The translations under genes and the position numbers were made by a program. The notes beneath the pieces are model-generated. The model worked only from the letters and a program-made list of their open reading frames with translations. It was not told where the DNA came from and did no database searches. Below, piece after piece: positions 10,039 to 19,867 of a stretch of DNA of 64,000 nucleotides. The stretch's first letter is position 1. Every line of letters begins with the position of its first letter. Location: assembly GCA_000146465.1 (NCBI GenBank), contig CP001947.1. One strand, 5' to 3'.

Positions 10039-10710
10039 ATGTTAGTGAAAAATTTGATAAAAGCAGAAGAAAGATTTGATGGTAGAAAGATTAAGGAAAC
10101 AAGGAAGCTCGAAGTAGAGAAGATATCTAATTCCTGTCTGATCTCTATGGGGAAGTCTCGGCTGCTGGCTGTGTCCCAGAAAGGCATATCCAGGCCATAT
10201 GTGGACAAATCACATGAAGGAATAGTGAACTTCAGCATATCCATGGGAGGAAAAAGACATGAAAGATTGGTGAACTTCCTCCACAAGGTGTATATCAAGC
10301 AGAAAAGTATCGATCTTGAGAGCCTCTGTATCAAGTTAAATGAAGAGGTTGTACTGATTCATATAGACCTAAGGATTCTGTCCTGTGACGGAAGTATCTA
10401 TAGTCTTATAGTCCAAGGCGTGAATTCTGTGCTGGAGACCCTTGGAGTGAAAATGAACTACATGCCCCAGTGCTTTTCTTACTGCTCAATTGACAATGTG
10501 GTCATCACAGACCCTTCGGAAAATGAACAAATCGAGGAAGATTGGAATTGTGTTGTGGTGATGAAGTCGCCTAAGGAAATAGTTTTTCTTGAGAAGATAG
10601 GAAGGGAATGCAGCATAGAACAAGTGTTCGAAACCATCGATAGATCTGTCAAAGACTTCGTGGTGCCTCTCCCAGGAACAGAAGGGGAGAAATGGCTTAG
10701 AAGCACTTGA
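10039..10710 (+). CDS. exosome complex RNase PH-like subunit (Rrp41/Rrp46/Mtr3 class)
   Basis: The ~223-aa protein has the RNase PH domain signature ERFDGRKIKETRKLEV...ISMGKSRLLAVS. The ATG follows a TTG at 10036 and is preceded by CCCC. Confidence 0.55.
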   Translation: MLVKNLIKAEERFDGRKIKETRKLEVEKISNSCLISMGKSRLLAVSQKGISRPYVDKSHEGIVNFSISMGGKRHERLVNFLHKVYIKQKSIDLESLCIKLNEEVVLIHIDLRILSCDGSIYSLIVQGVNSVLETLGVKMNYMPQCFSYCSIDNVVITDPSENEQIEEDWNCVVVMKSPKEIVFLEKIGRECSIEQVFETIDRSVKDFVVPLPGTEGEKWLRST

Positions 10711-10742
10711 CGAATAACTTTTTGTCTCTAGAATCCCTTTGA

Positions 10743-11336
10743 ATGGGATTTCTTTTCCAGGGAGCAGAGTCGATCATTTCAGATGACGGAGAGACTATTT
10801 CAAAGAAGCGTGTAAGCAAGTCTTATAGAATAAAGACTCTGGATCAGAAGATAACAAGGAGTAGGACAAGACGGGAGGCTAAAATTCTGAAGAAACTTGA
10901 GGAACTCGGGATGCCAGCACCAAGATTAATAAATGTGTGTGATGACACTATTGTGATGGAAAAGATAGATGGAGTGGTTCTTAAGAAAAGAATCGAGGAT
11001 TCCGATGACCCAAGAGCCCTCTTCTTCGAGCTAGGGACCCTTGTCTCCAAGATCCATCTTGCAAACATAGTTCATGGGGATCTAACAACATCGAACTTTA
11101 TATCGGGAGACAAAATATATGCAATTGACTTTGGACTATCCTATGTTTCCCTTAAGGACGAAGACAAGGCTGTTGATTTGTATGTTTTTGAAAGGGCAGT
11201 CGGATGTTCACACGATTCCAAATTCTTGGAGAACTTTTATGAAGGTTATATGAGGGGGGGAAATGAGGATGTGGTGAGGAGGCTGGAGTCTGTTCGTCTT
11301 CGGGGTAGAAAAAGAGAGTCCATGGCCTTTGGATGA
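10743..11336 (+). CDS. BUD32: KEOPS complex atypical protein kinase Bud32 (TP53RK)
   Basis: The 197-aa minimal kinase has a Lys in REAKILKKL, the catalytic loop HGDLTTSNF, DFG-equivalent IDFGLS, and a basic C-terminal tail RLRGRKRES. Confidence 0.85.
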   Translation: MGFLFQGAESIISDDGETISKKRVSKSYRIKTLDQKITRSRTRREAKILKKLEELGMPAPRLINVCDDTIVMEKIDGVVLKKRIEDSDDPRALFFELGTLVSKIHLANIVHGDLTTSNFISGDKIYAIDFGLSYVSLKDEDKAVDLYVFERAVGCSHDSKFLENFYEGYMRGGNEDVVRRLESVRLRGRKRESMAFG

Positions 11337-11384
11337 GGAAACTATTAAAGATCTTATAGGAATTTGGACCTGGGAATGGCAAAA

Positions 11385-11455
11385 TGCATCATCCGAGAAT
11401 CGAACTCGGGCCAGCCAGATGGCAACCGGCTATTATACCACTAAACTAATGATGC
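11385..11455 (-). tRNA. tRNA-Gly (anticodon GCC)
   Basis: Reverse complement: GCATCAT TA GTTTAGTGGTATAATA GCCGG TTGCCAT CTGGC TGGC CCGAG TTCGATT CTCGG ATGATGC A. The 7-bp acceptor stem is perfect. The anticodon stem GCCGG/CTGGC carries a loop TTGCCAT with GCC at positions 34-36. The T-arm is CCGAG/CTCGG with a GTTCGATTC loop. The D-loop AGTGGTA is conserved. Total 71 nt, no encoded CCA. Confidence 0.9.
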
Positions 11456-11571
11456 TTGATGCCGTGCTCTGCAACAGTCTTTTTCCCAGCCTTCCAAAAA
11501 GATGGTTCAAACAAAAACACCAAAATAACATCATACAACAATAGAACACTCTGTTTAATTCACATACCCAA

Positions 11572-12306
11572 CTATCCAACACTTATTCCATGCTTCTTCA
11601 TTATATCTCCAAACTCCTTCTTAAAGTGTTCAACAGCTTCCATGTCACCGTCTAGAACCCCGTCGATGATCCTGCTGACTAGAAACACAACTCTGTGTCT
11701 TTCGCATTCTTTGACAGAACTCCCTCTCATCGTCTTACCTCTATTCAGAATCTCGCACACATCGGAAACAAGATCTACCATGTCCGACACATGCTTTTTG
11801 CTTTCTTCTGCAAGTTCTTTCAATTCAGAGTAAACTTTCTCATTTCTCTCCGGCTCCACCAGGCCCATTCTCCTTTGAAGGAAAAGAATGGTCTTTTTTA
11901 TTTCCTCGTTCTCCCTTCGAAGCCCAACTATCTCCTCTCTCTCTGTATTTTTAAGTCCCTCTATCGTTTCCTCCAGCCTTCTTATCTTTGATTCGTAGAC
12001 GTGAGCCTGGTGTTCCAAAGTCCTTGGCTCGCCTATGTCTCTGGGCTCGCACACAAGACCCTCTCTGATCTTCTCATATCTTATGAATATTCCATGCCTG
12101 TCCTTGCAGTGAAAATATCTTACTCCATTGACACTTCCATTGTTGGCCCCTACAGGGTCATCCAGCTCCAATCCTATCCACTTCCCGTCCTTCGACTTTA
12201 TTCTCCCAATATACCTCACTGTCCCTTTGAACTTATCTCCAAGCGTCAGTCTGTCGTTGACCGTCAGCAAAGACATACGACTTCTGCACCCCTTAACTTG
12301 GCCCAA
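11572..12306 (-). CDS. CAP-Gly domain protein with C-terminal coiled coil (dynactin p150/Nip100 or CLIP-170/Bik1-like)
   Basis: The CAP-Gly signature is GKWIGLELDDPVGANNGSVNGVRYFHCKDRHGIFIRYEKI, followed by coiled-coil heptads. Confidence 0.75.
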   Translation of the reverse strand: MGQVKGCRSRMSLLTVNDRLTLGDKFKGTVRYIGRIKSKDGKWIGLELDDPVGANNGSVNGVRYFHCKDRHGIFIRYEKIREGLVCEPRDIGEPRTLEHQAHVYESKIRRLEETIEGLKNTEREEIVGLRRENEEIKKTILFLQRRMGLVEPERNEKVYSELKELAEESKKHVSDMVDLVSDVCEILNRGKTMRGSSVKECERHRVVFLVSRIIDGVLDGDMEAVEHFKKEFGDIMKKHGISVG

Positions 12307-12323
12307 AAAAATAGTCCCTACGA

Positions 12324-12587
12324 ATGGATCAGGACCTTATCACTCTTGATATTCCAGAACTAAATGAAATTCCAAGCATAGGTCTTGACGATCTGGATTC
12401 CCAGTACTCTGTAGAAAACGAGTCCATTGATTCCGGAAGCGGGGAGGTTGACAGCACAAACATCGCCAAAATACATGAGTATCTAGACAAAGACTTGAAA
12501 GATCAGGATCTTCTAATAGAAAAGCTAAAGACATTTGAAGAAAAGCTAGACAGCTACATAAATGCACATGGAATTTATAGAACTTGA
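12324..12587 (+). CDS. small acidic hypothetical protein (87 aa) with C-terminal coiled-coil
   Basis: An ATG preceded by CCC exactly fills the 320-bp gap between two minus-strand genes. The protein is acidic with a C-terminal amphipathic helix. No family assignment. Confidence 0.4.
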   Translation: MDQDLITLDIPELNEIPSIGLDDLDSQYSVENESIDSGSGEVDSTNIAKIHEYLDKDLKDQDLLIEKLKTFEEKLDSYINAHGIYRT

Positions 12588-12632
12588 AGTACTGAATTAT
12601 TCTTTGGGTTTTAATAGATAGGACAATAAAAG

Positions 12633-14960
12633 TCATCTTTTTTTCTTGTATCTCTTCTTCATCATGTCTTTATGGTTGTCATGTATGGTTTTTTTGATTC
12701 TCTGTTCTCTTTCTTTTTCTTTCTTCCTCAAGCTCTCTTCTTTCATCCGTCGAGCATTCTCTTCTTTCTCTGCTTCCTCTTTATCCTTTTTCATCCTCTC
12801 CCTCATAATGCTGTTTCTAATTTCATGTTTCTCTTTGTAGTCAGGAGGAATCGGCAGTTCAATCTTTTGGCTTACAACAGGAATGCTCCTTCTATCAAAT
12901 GGAAGCTGGCTTTCGATCTTTTGAGGAAGGCTGTAGTCCTCCTCGGGAACAACACACTCTTCGTCTCCCGAAGAAGACTCTTCAGGGCCGTAGTTGTGTA
13001 TGAGCCCTAAGGACTCTCTTATCTCGTGTAATCTACGAAGTCCTCTCCAGCTGGTCTCCAAGTTGTTGACCGGAATGAAAATTTTGTGCACCTCGGCAGG
13101 AACAAAGCATCTCAATGTTATTATGTCACTCATCAGCATCCTTCCTTCAAATGTAGCTCGGTACTCCCCGTTCTTACCCCGGGGCTCCTTTATTTGCCCT
13201 CTAAGCCCACTCACAGCCTTAAGTGATGCTCCCTGAAACTTCAGCACTTCAAGATCAGAAGTAAACATGTCCTGAACAAACACTGTATTCTGCACAATCT
13301 GTTTAGGATACCCAACTAGCTTCAACTTCTTGACCAGCTTTGCGTCTCCGTTGACATCCGTCACTGTCCCAAGTGCCAGCACCCTGAAGTCTCCCTTCTC
13401 ACTGTATACAGAAAATCCAGTTCCTGCTGGAACAACAGGCCCATAGAAGGAAACATTGCAATGCATCGACTCGGGAGTATACTTTATCACCCTGTTCCTA
13501 GTTGCATCCTTCATACTAAAAACAGGAACACACTGGAATCTTTTCCATCCAACAGAGAAAATTGCCGGTTCGTTTGTCTTCAGAATCTTCTTGTACCACT
13601 TGTATCTTTTTATTTTTCCTTGGATTATGTTCGTTTCCTTTTCTGCAACAAGAAAACTTCCAAGGACAATAACATTGCTAAAATCAATCAATTGCGAAAT
13701 ATGGGTCGACAATCTAATTTTGACATACTTTCCAGGAACAACCACCCCAGGAACCATCATCTCCGAGTTTCTCTTCATTTCTTCTTCAAGCCTTCTTTTT
13801 TCTCGGAGGAGAATGTTTCCTTTTTCTTTCTCCTTCTCTTCGTATCCCTTATTAAATTTTTCGACAAGCTCCTCTTCGGTGACTGCTTCTTTTTCAAATC
13901 TATTTGAAGTCATTTCCTTCAGCTCCGACAAGCTGAAGTTCGACTCATCTTCTTCAATGCACTTTTTTTCCAAGTCCTCTTCTTCGTCCTTACTTGAAAT
14001 GGAGTCCTCCTCATCCACATCCACTTCCTTTCCAACGCTTTTGCCTCCCTTGAAAATCTTAATCTCCATATCCGAATCAATTTCAATCTTTACTTTGTTT
14101 TCCTTCTCGTCGTCTTCTCTCTTGCTTTCCACTACCTCGGACATTGGAGAATACAGAATCTTGGACCTTAAAGAAAGTTTGTTTTCTCCCTGGCTCGGAA
14201 CAGGATCTGCTAGAACTTCCATCTCGGCTACTCGATTGTCCCCAAGGCCGGGAATATGAATATCCATGTCCTTCTTCATAAGGCCTCCTCTTACATATCC
14301 ATAGACAAACATCCCGTCCACCCTGTCGGCAATAACATGGGGATGCATGCACTTCCACTCTATGGGCCTGTACTTCATCACTCCAACAGTTCTACAAAGC
14401 TTTAGCAGATCAGCATCTGTATATCTTCCTCCTTCGACATTCCCCACATAGAAGAACTTGATTCCAGGACATATCTCCTCCCATATTCTTTTTTTGATAG
14501 ACTTCAAGTACTTCGGGTTTCTGCAGTTATCGGTATTCGTCACAACACATAAAATCTTCGAAAGCCCATGAGACATCAGAAGAGTGAGAAACTCAAAAGT
14601 CTCCATTTCCAATCCTGCCATACTGTTGATGGTAAAAATTACCAAGTCCGATATCTTGGATACATCAACAAACTGGTGGATATCCACTCTCGACTCAAAC
14701 AATGTGATTCTCTTTGTTTTGGATGAAGACAGTGTCACAGGACCCCTCGGCCTGTCCAAAAGTTGATGGGTAAAGTATTTCACCATCGACCTCATTAGAG
14801 TGCTCTTCCCACTTCCTGAGGGCCCTACTATTGATACAAATGCAGGAGGCAAGTCTTTGTAGAACATGTTCTCAATTGGGACCTTTGCTATTTTCTCTTC
14901 GTGTCTTAGTTGCCCGTTGGCCACTCTTCTTGTTTTTTTGCCGTCCGTCTTTTCATTCAT
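12633..14960 (-). CDS. BMS1: ribosome biogenesis GTPase Bms1 (reduced, 775 aa)
   Basis: The N-terminal P-loop VGPSGSGKSTL and G-domain are present, followed by an AARP2CN/DUF663-like region and an acidic Ser/Glu-rich stretch. A functional P-loop argues for Bms1 rather than Tsr1. Confidence 0.8.
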   Translation of the reverse strand: MNEKTDGKKTRRVANGQLRHEEKIAKVPIENMFYKDLPPAFVSIVGPSGSGKSTLMRSMVKYFTHQLLDRPRGPVTLSSSKTKRITLFESRVDIHQFVDVSKISDLVIFTINSMAGLEMETFEFLTLLMSHGLSKILCVVTNTDNCRNPKYLKSIKKRIWEEICPGIKFFYVGNVEGGRYTDADLLKLCRTVGVMKYRPIEWKCMHPHVIADRVDGMFVYGYVRGGLMKKDMDIHIPGLGDNRVAEMEVLADPVPSQGENKLSLRSKILYSPMSEVVESKREDDEKENKVKIEIDSDMEIKIFKGGKSVGKEVDVDEEDSISSKDEEEDLEKKCIEEDESNFSLSELKEMTSNRFEKEAVTEEELVEKFNKGYEEKEKEKGNILLREKRRLEEEMKRNSEMMVPGVVVPGKYVKIRLSTHISQLIDFSNVIVLGSFLVAEKETNIIQGKIKRYKWYKKILKTNEPAIFSVGWKRFQCVPVFSMKDATRNRVIKYTPESMHCNVSFYGPVVPAGTGFSVYSEKGDFRVLALGTVTDVNGDAKLVKKLKLVGYPKQIVQNTVFVQDMFTSDLEVLKFQGASLKAVSGLRGQIKEPRGKNGEYRATFEGRMLMSDIITLRCFVPAEVHKIFIPVNNLETSWRGLRRLHEIRESLGLIHNYGPEESSSGDEECVVPEEDYSLPQKIESQLPFDRRSIPVVSQKIELPIPPDYKEKHEIRNSIMRERMKKDKEEAEKEENARRMKEESLRKKEKEREQRIKKTIHDNHKDMMKKRYKKKR

Positions 14961-15002
14961 AAGCTAGGGTAAGATTAATAAGAAATAACATATTTACCCT
15001 TC

Positions 15003-15437
15003 ATGACCATTGGAGAGATAAAAGTCCATAAGATACATCCCAAGGCCAAGATTCCGAAGAGGCACTCGGACGGAGCTGCCGGTTATGACATATACTCTGT
15101 GGAATCAGGAAGTGTTCTACCAAACGAAAGGAAATCTATACGTACTGGGCTAATATGGGATATCCCCCAGTCGATTGTAGGATTGGTCTTTGGAAGATCT
15201 GGATTTGCTCTAAAAAATTGGATCGAGGTGGCAGAATCATGTATATATCCAGGAGAGAGCAAAGAGCTGGTAATAACTCTTATTAACAATGGAAAAGATG
15301 TATTCCAGTATGAGGAGTCCTGCCGTATAGCCCAACTTGTATTTGTTCCTGTGCTGAGTTGCGAAATAGATCTTGTAGACTCCTTGGATTCAACGGAAAG
15401 AGGCAGTCTAGGATTTGGATCAACCGGAATGAAATAA
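15003..15437 (+). CDS. DUT1: dUTP pyrophosphatase (dUTPase)
   Basis: The five dUTPase motifs are present, including AGYDI, GRSG and the C-terminal GFGSTG. The ATG was verified. Confidence 0.9.
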   Translation: MTIGEIKVHKIHPKAKIPKRHSDGAAGYDIYSVESGSVLPNERKSIRTGLIWDIPQSIVGLVFGRSGFALKNWIEVAESCIYPGESKELVITLINNGKDVFQYEESCRIAQLVFVPVLSCEIDLVDSLDSTERGSLGFGSTGMK

Positions 15438-15447
15438 AATTTTGGGT

Positions 15448-15855
15448 TTAATGATCAATTTTGTTGTAGATCAGACTTTGTTTCCAGTGCTTCATGTCTC
15501 TTTTTTTCTCTTTTCTCTTAACCTTTTCTGCAAGTTTTTTCCATTGCAGTTCTGTCTTTACAGGAATCCCAAACATTCTCCGGGTGTAGACCTCAATGGT
15601 GTTTTCCTCCCCTTCCGGCTTATGTTCTCTCATCTTTAAGAGTCTCCATATCAGTCTGTCGAGCTTCATCACAATCCTTTCCAGGTCCATAAACGCCACT
15701 TCAACCGGTAGGTCAAGTTCGCCCCTGGCTGCAAACTCTTGGCTTGCAATTTCGTTAGAACCAATAGATATACACCAAACCCAAAGAGCCGAGAAACTCT
15801 TCAGATTCATTATACACAGATGGAATGTTCCTATTTGTTTAGCAAATAACACCAT
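15448..15855 (-). CDS. hypothetical basic protein (135 aa)
   Basis: The ORF is convergent with dUTPase with only a 10-bp spacer. It has a Lys/Arg-rich C-terminus (KVKRKEKKRDMKHWKQ). True start uncertain. Confidence 0.35.
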   Translation of the reverse strand: MVLFAKQIGTFHLCIMNLKSFSALWVWCISIGSNEIASQEFAARGELDLPVEVAFMDLERIVMKLDRLIWRLLKMREHKPEGEENTIEVYTRRMFGIPVKTELQWKKLAEKVKRKEKKRDMKHWKQSLIYNKIDH

Positions 15856-15929
15856 TTCGAAACATTACAGCACCTTCATCTAGAATAAGACTGGAGCTAA
15901 ATAAAAAGACATCTCCCAGGGCTAGAGGG

Positions 15930-17720
15930 ATGATAGAGTTCAAGTATCTGGGAACAAGGAGCGGTAAGTCGTTGATGCTATCAATAGACAATAAAAGATA
16001 TCTGTTTAATCTTTTTGAAGGGTTTCAGAGGTACTGCATCGAATCAAATGTCAGCATCAGCAAGATCTCTGTAATCTTTGTATCTGAGGAGACATCGGTT
16101 CCTCCGCTTGTGGGAACATATCTTACTCTAAGAGACATAAAAAAAGAAAGCCTTGACATTGTGTGTAGTTTGAGGCTAGAGAAGATGCTGGCCTTGGCAA
16201 GTGCCTTTGCAGATCCTATGGATCTAAGAATTAATTACATGAGGAATTATTCAGACGGGTTTATCAGCGTGGAAACAATCGAAAACACTCTTTCTGGAGA
16301 TTCTCGAGAAAGGAAGGAATCTTCCTTTATTCTGAACATTAGGCCTATTCGGGGAAGATTTCTTGTTGAAAAGGTTCCAAAAGACGTTCCAAAGCATTTA
16401 TACTCTAGACTCACGAGGAGAGAGAAGGTGGAACATAACGGAAGAGTGTATAATGGGGAGGAATACATGGAAGACGATATAGATGTCGGAGTTATTGCTG
16501 TTGTTTTTTCCTCGGGAAATTATGGGGAACTTTTGGAAAGGATGAGAAGAAGGGCCCCGAGGTACTTCTTTTGTTTTCAAAGAGATGTTGCTCAATTTCT
16601 CTCTTCTACCCTTGAAGGCCGTTTCTTCCTCTTGGAAGATAATCACTTTGTTGAGTATGGATCACTTTATGACATCCAGATTGGCTTAGGCTCAATACAT
16701 GGGGACTTTCTGTCGCCGCTTCCCTTTGAAAAGACAGCCTCCCCCTCTCCTTGGGATATGGAGAGTGTTCAGAGCGGAGACTTTCTCACATACGATAAGA
16801 ATTTAAGGTCTTTTTCCCATTTCCCTTCAAAGCAGAAAGAATACATCCCATGCACACGGAAACACGAAGAAAGGTCTATATTGTTTCTTGGAACCGGGTG
16901 TGCTATTCCATCTAAGTACAGAAATGTATCTGGAATACTCTACGAGTCCACCGACAGGGCTATTATGCTCGACTGTGGAGAAGATACTTTATTTCAAATA
17001 CATAGGGCCTATGGAGGATTTGACGTCCTAAAGAAGCTCAAGGCAATCTTCATATCACATTCTCATGCAGACCATATGCTGGGGATTATATCTGTGTTGA
17101 AGAAAGTAGGCCACAGGGTGAAGGTCTTTGCTCCAGTAGTCATAAGGCCGTTTGTTGAATGCTTTGGTGCTGGAGACTATGAATACATAGAAACAAACCA
17201 TGCAAAGATAGCAGAAAGAGAGTTTCGGGGAGACTTGGGATCAATGGGGGAATTTTCTCTAGGAAACATCAATGCAGAAGATTATTTTTTGAAGTTTGAC
17301 GTGGGATTTAGAATATCTATTTGTGGGGTTGACCACTGTTCAGACTCGTGTGGAATTAGAATTCAGGATGACACCACAGTTATAACATACTCTGGAGACT
17401 CAAGGCCCTCTATACTGTTTGGAATAATGTCCTCTGATTCTGATGTTATGATCCATGAAGCCACATTTGTCTTTGACCAGCAAGAAAGAGCCATGCATAC
17501 AGGCCATTCAACAGTAGACGGAGCTGTTGAAGTCTTTAGATCATCCAGATCAAAAGTCCTACTTCTCACACACTTTAGCCAAAGGTATTCAAAGGGCGTT
17601 ATAACTGACGGCCAGTGGATTCCTTGTGTGGATCTATTTAGATATGCGGTTGGATCAAGTGTCTATCCTAAGGACAAAATCAATGGTTATTATAGTAAGC
17701 TTGAATCTTCTAATAAGTAA
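15930..17720 (+). CDS. TRZ1: ribonuclease Z (tRNase Z, long form; tRNA 3-prime processing endonuclease)
   Basis: This is a 596-aa metallo-beta-lactamase-fold protein with the His motif FISHSHADHMLG and downstream conserved H and D residues. The long-form architecture is typical of eukaryotic ELAC2/Trz1. Confidence 0.8.
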   Translation: MIEFKYLGTRSGKSLMLSIDNKRYLFNLFEGFQRYCIESNVSISKISVIFVSEETSVPPLVGTYLTLRDIKKESLDIVCSLRLEKMLALASAFADPMDLRINYMRNYSDGFISVETIENTLSGDSRERKESSFILNIRPIRGRFLVEKVPKDVPKHLYSRLTRREKVEHNGRVYNGEEYMEDDIDVGVIAVVFSSGNYGELLERMRRRAPRYFFCFQRDVAQFLSSTLEGRFFLLEDNHFVEYGSLYDIQIGLGSIHGDFLSPLPFEKTASPSPWDMESVQSGDFLTYDKNLRSFSHFPSKQKEYIPCTRKHEERSILFLGTGCAIPSKYRNVSGILYESTDRAIMLDCGEDTLFQIHRAYGGFDVLKKLKAIFISHSHADHMLGIISVLKKVGHRVKVFAPVVIRPFVECFGAGDYEYIETNHAKIAEREFRGDLGSMGEFSLGNINAEDYFLKFDVGFRISICGVDHCSDSCGIRIQDDTTVITYSGDSRPSILFGIMSSDSDVMIHEATFVFDQQERAMHTGHSTVDGAVEVFRSSRSKVLLLTHFSQRYSKGVITDGQWIPCVDLFRYAVGSSVYPKDKINGYYSKLESSNK

Positions 17721-17730
17721 ATGATATAAT

Positions 17731-19236
17731 TTATTTCAGTGACAGAACCCTTTGCTTCTTGGAGATGAGATAGCTTTTCCATCTCGAGAGGAGCTCGCTT
17801 GTATCTTCAGTGCACTCCTCCTCACTTGTATCGTTTTCAATTGATTCAGAAAACTCCTCCACAGCCTTTGCTTTATCTTCGGATGAAAGATGAGAAAAGG
17901 GCCTCCACATGAATAGAGTAAGTCTGTTGAACACCTTTTTCCAAAGGAGTTTTCCGTTTCTGTTGAACATTTGGACCAGTCCACTGGAGCAGTCTCCAGC
18001 TGAAACTGAGGCTGCATAAAGCCCACTATACGACCACGAGATACCTGTGCATGATGGATGAGAATAGGCACTTCTCAGCTCTCCATTGTCGTAGAACTCT
18101 ATGTTTCCTGTGTCAGCATCGTGGACACAGCATATATCATCGTAAAGTGCAATAAGTAAATCATCTTCTTTTCTAATCTGTTTGGCCATACCGAACCCAA
18201 ATCTGTTTCTGATGTAGAACGAAAGAGTTTGTTTTGTGTCAACAACAACAAACATCTTATCCGACACCTCTATTTGTTCTACACATCCCTCAAGCTGTGT
18301 AAGAGTTATCCCGTCGGTTCCGTAAGACTCGACGAATTGTACCTTTTTCTTCTGTATATTCTTTGTCATCAGCACAAAGCACCTCTTTCCAGAAAAGTAA
18401 AATTTGATGTCTTCGATGTTTGCATGTGTTTTTGAAAGCTTGTATTCTCCCACTTCATATCGGATTTTCTGTACCCTATCATCGCTAAACTCTACTTTCT
18501 GGCCATTGTGATGCCTAATACATTTCAGGAAGGAAAGCTTTGGATCCGGCTCTACTTCTTTGCCTTGGAGAAGTGAAAAGACTTTTCCTAGTCCTAGGAA
18601 GTACACATGATCTTCATCAAGTACTGTGTCTCCTGTAACACCTTGCTGTTTGGTGAGACATTCATTCTTGAATATATCCCATACACTTGTTTCTTTCTTT
18701 GTGGAAACCACAGCAAACCTATTATCAGGGCTAAACGACATGTTTACCACCTCATCCCCAAGCTCGATTCTACTGAACATCTCGAGATATCTTCCTGTTC
18801 GGAACTCAATCATTCTGCCTCCAACAAAACATACAAACACCCCATCATCACTGGACAGACACCTAATGGCCTTTTCAAACGTACCTATCTCCTCAAACTC
18901 CTTATTCTTTTGCTCTAGCAAGGAGAGGACTCCGTTGTTGATGACCACAAATTGTTCACGTTCAGAAAACTGGAAGTCAACAAACTCCCTTGGCTCCAGT
19001 CTTTTCAATGGAGTATATTCTCTCTCCTTCGCGCTCATTATACTGTAAAACTCCTTCAAGGAATAAGCTTGAATATCTGGAAAGCCCTCTAGCTTTCTGA
19101 GAAGAAGGCTGGTTTGCTGAGCAGTTTTCAGTTGCACAATGCATATATTTCCCTTGGAAAAGGAATTATCCGAAGAAACTTCGGGAAGACTGATTTTGGC
19201 TGGGTCAAGCCCAATGATCAAGACTTGGTTGTTCAT
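17731..19236 (-). CDS. WD/beta-propeller protein, eIF2A-like translation initiation factor (alternatively eIF3b-like)
   Basis: The ~500-aa protein has beta-propeller repeats and a conserved C-terminal segment KKVFNRLTLFMWRP followed by an acidic tail, as in eIF2A. Confidence 0.45.
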   Translation of the reverse strand: MNNQVLIIGLDPAKISLPEVSSDNSFSKGNICIVQLKTAQQTSLLLRKLEGFPDIQAYSLKEFYSIMSAKEREYTPLKRLEPREFVDFQFSEREQFVVINNGVLSLLEQKNKEFEEIGTFEKAIRCLSSDDGVFVCFVGGRMIEFRTGRYLEMFSRIELGDEVVNMSFSPDNRFAVVSTKKETSVWDIFKNECLTKQQGVTGDTVLDEDHVYFLGLGKVFSLLQGKEVEPDPKLSFLKCIRHHNGQKVEFSDDRVQKIRYEVGEYKLSKTHANIEDIKFYFSGKRCFVLMTKNIQKKKVQFVESYGTDGITLTQLEGCVEQIEVSDKMFVVVDTKQTLSFYIRNRFGFGMAKQIRKEDDLLIALYDDICCVHDADTGNIEFYDNGELRSAYSHPSCTGISWSYSGLYAASVSAGDCSSGLVQMFNRNGKLLWKKVFNRLTLFMWRPFSHLSSEDKAKAVEEFSESIENDTSEEECTEDTSELLSRWKSYLISKKQRVLSLK

Positions 19237-19280
19237 CAAAGAAGGGCTCGTGGAGAAATTTTACCTCATGCTATAGTCTG

Positions 19281-19811
19281 TTGCGTGTGTCGCCTTGCAG
19301 AAGGGGTATGGACAACGAAAGGAAAACAGCCACTGTTACATTCAGGGGCATGAGATTTAAGGACTTGCTTCAAGTCCAGCAGTTGAACATGAGAAACTCT
19401 ACAGAGAACTTTCTGCTTGGCACGTTTCTGAGTACTTTATCGGCATCTTATGCAACTTCCTTCGTTGCAGAGCTGGACGGGAAGATTATAGGGTACTCGG
19501 AGGCTGCTGTCTTTCGAGAGAGGAAAAAAGGACATATCTACTCTATTTGCGTGGATGGGCCTTTCAGAGGATGTGGAATTGGGAGAAGGCTTATTGGGCT
19601 TTCGATAGATGCTATAAGAACAGAGATGAAGGAAAAGGAGATATGCGAAATAGATCTTTATGTTAGGACATCCAACACAGAGGCTATTGGTCTGTACAAG
19701 TCTGTTGGATTTGTGATAAGAGAGAAAGACCTTTCCTATTACGAGGGAGGGGCTCCTGCACATAGAATGAGCCTGTACTTAGGAACAGGCACAGAATCGA
19801 GGAAACCCTAA
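19281..19811 (+). CDS. GNAT-family N-acetyltransferase (NatA catalytic subunit Ard1/Naa10-like)
   Basis: The acetyl-CoA binding motif is RGCGIGRRLI, in a GNAT fold (IYSICVDGPF...IDLYVRTSNTEAIGLYKSVGF). The true start is probably an internal ATG (MRFKDLL). Confidence 0.7.
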   Translation: MRVSPCRRGMDNERKTATVTFRGMRFKDLLQVQQLNMRNSTENFLLGTFLSTLSASYATSFVAELDGKIIGYSEAAVFRERKKGHIYSICVDGPFRGCGIGRRLIGLSIDAIRTEMKEKEICEIDLYVRTSNTEAIGLYKSVGFVIREKDLSYYEGGAPAHRMSLYLGTGTESRKP

Positions 19812-19867
19812 GAAGGTATAAGGTGGCCTATTCGCCTTGAAACCTCTAAATTTTACCTTGGACTGGA

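Noticed and set aside
13456-14259. 267-aa and 148-aa plus-strand ORFs inside Bms1
   Set aside because: These are antisense shadows of the acidic Glu/Asp/Lys-rich segment of Bms1, which translate to poly-Ser/Phe on the opposite strand. Many similar antisense ORFs in the ORF track (2543-2911, 6997-7494, 42208-43014, 46748-47308, 56939-57463 and others) were dismissed on the same grounds.
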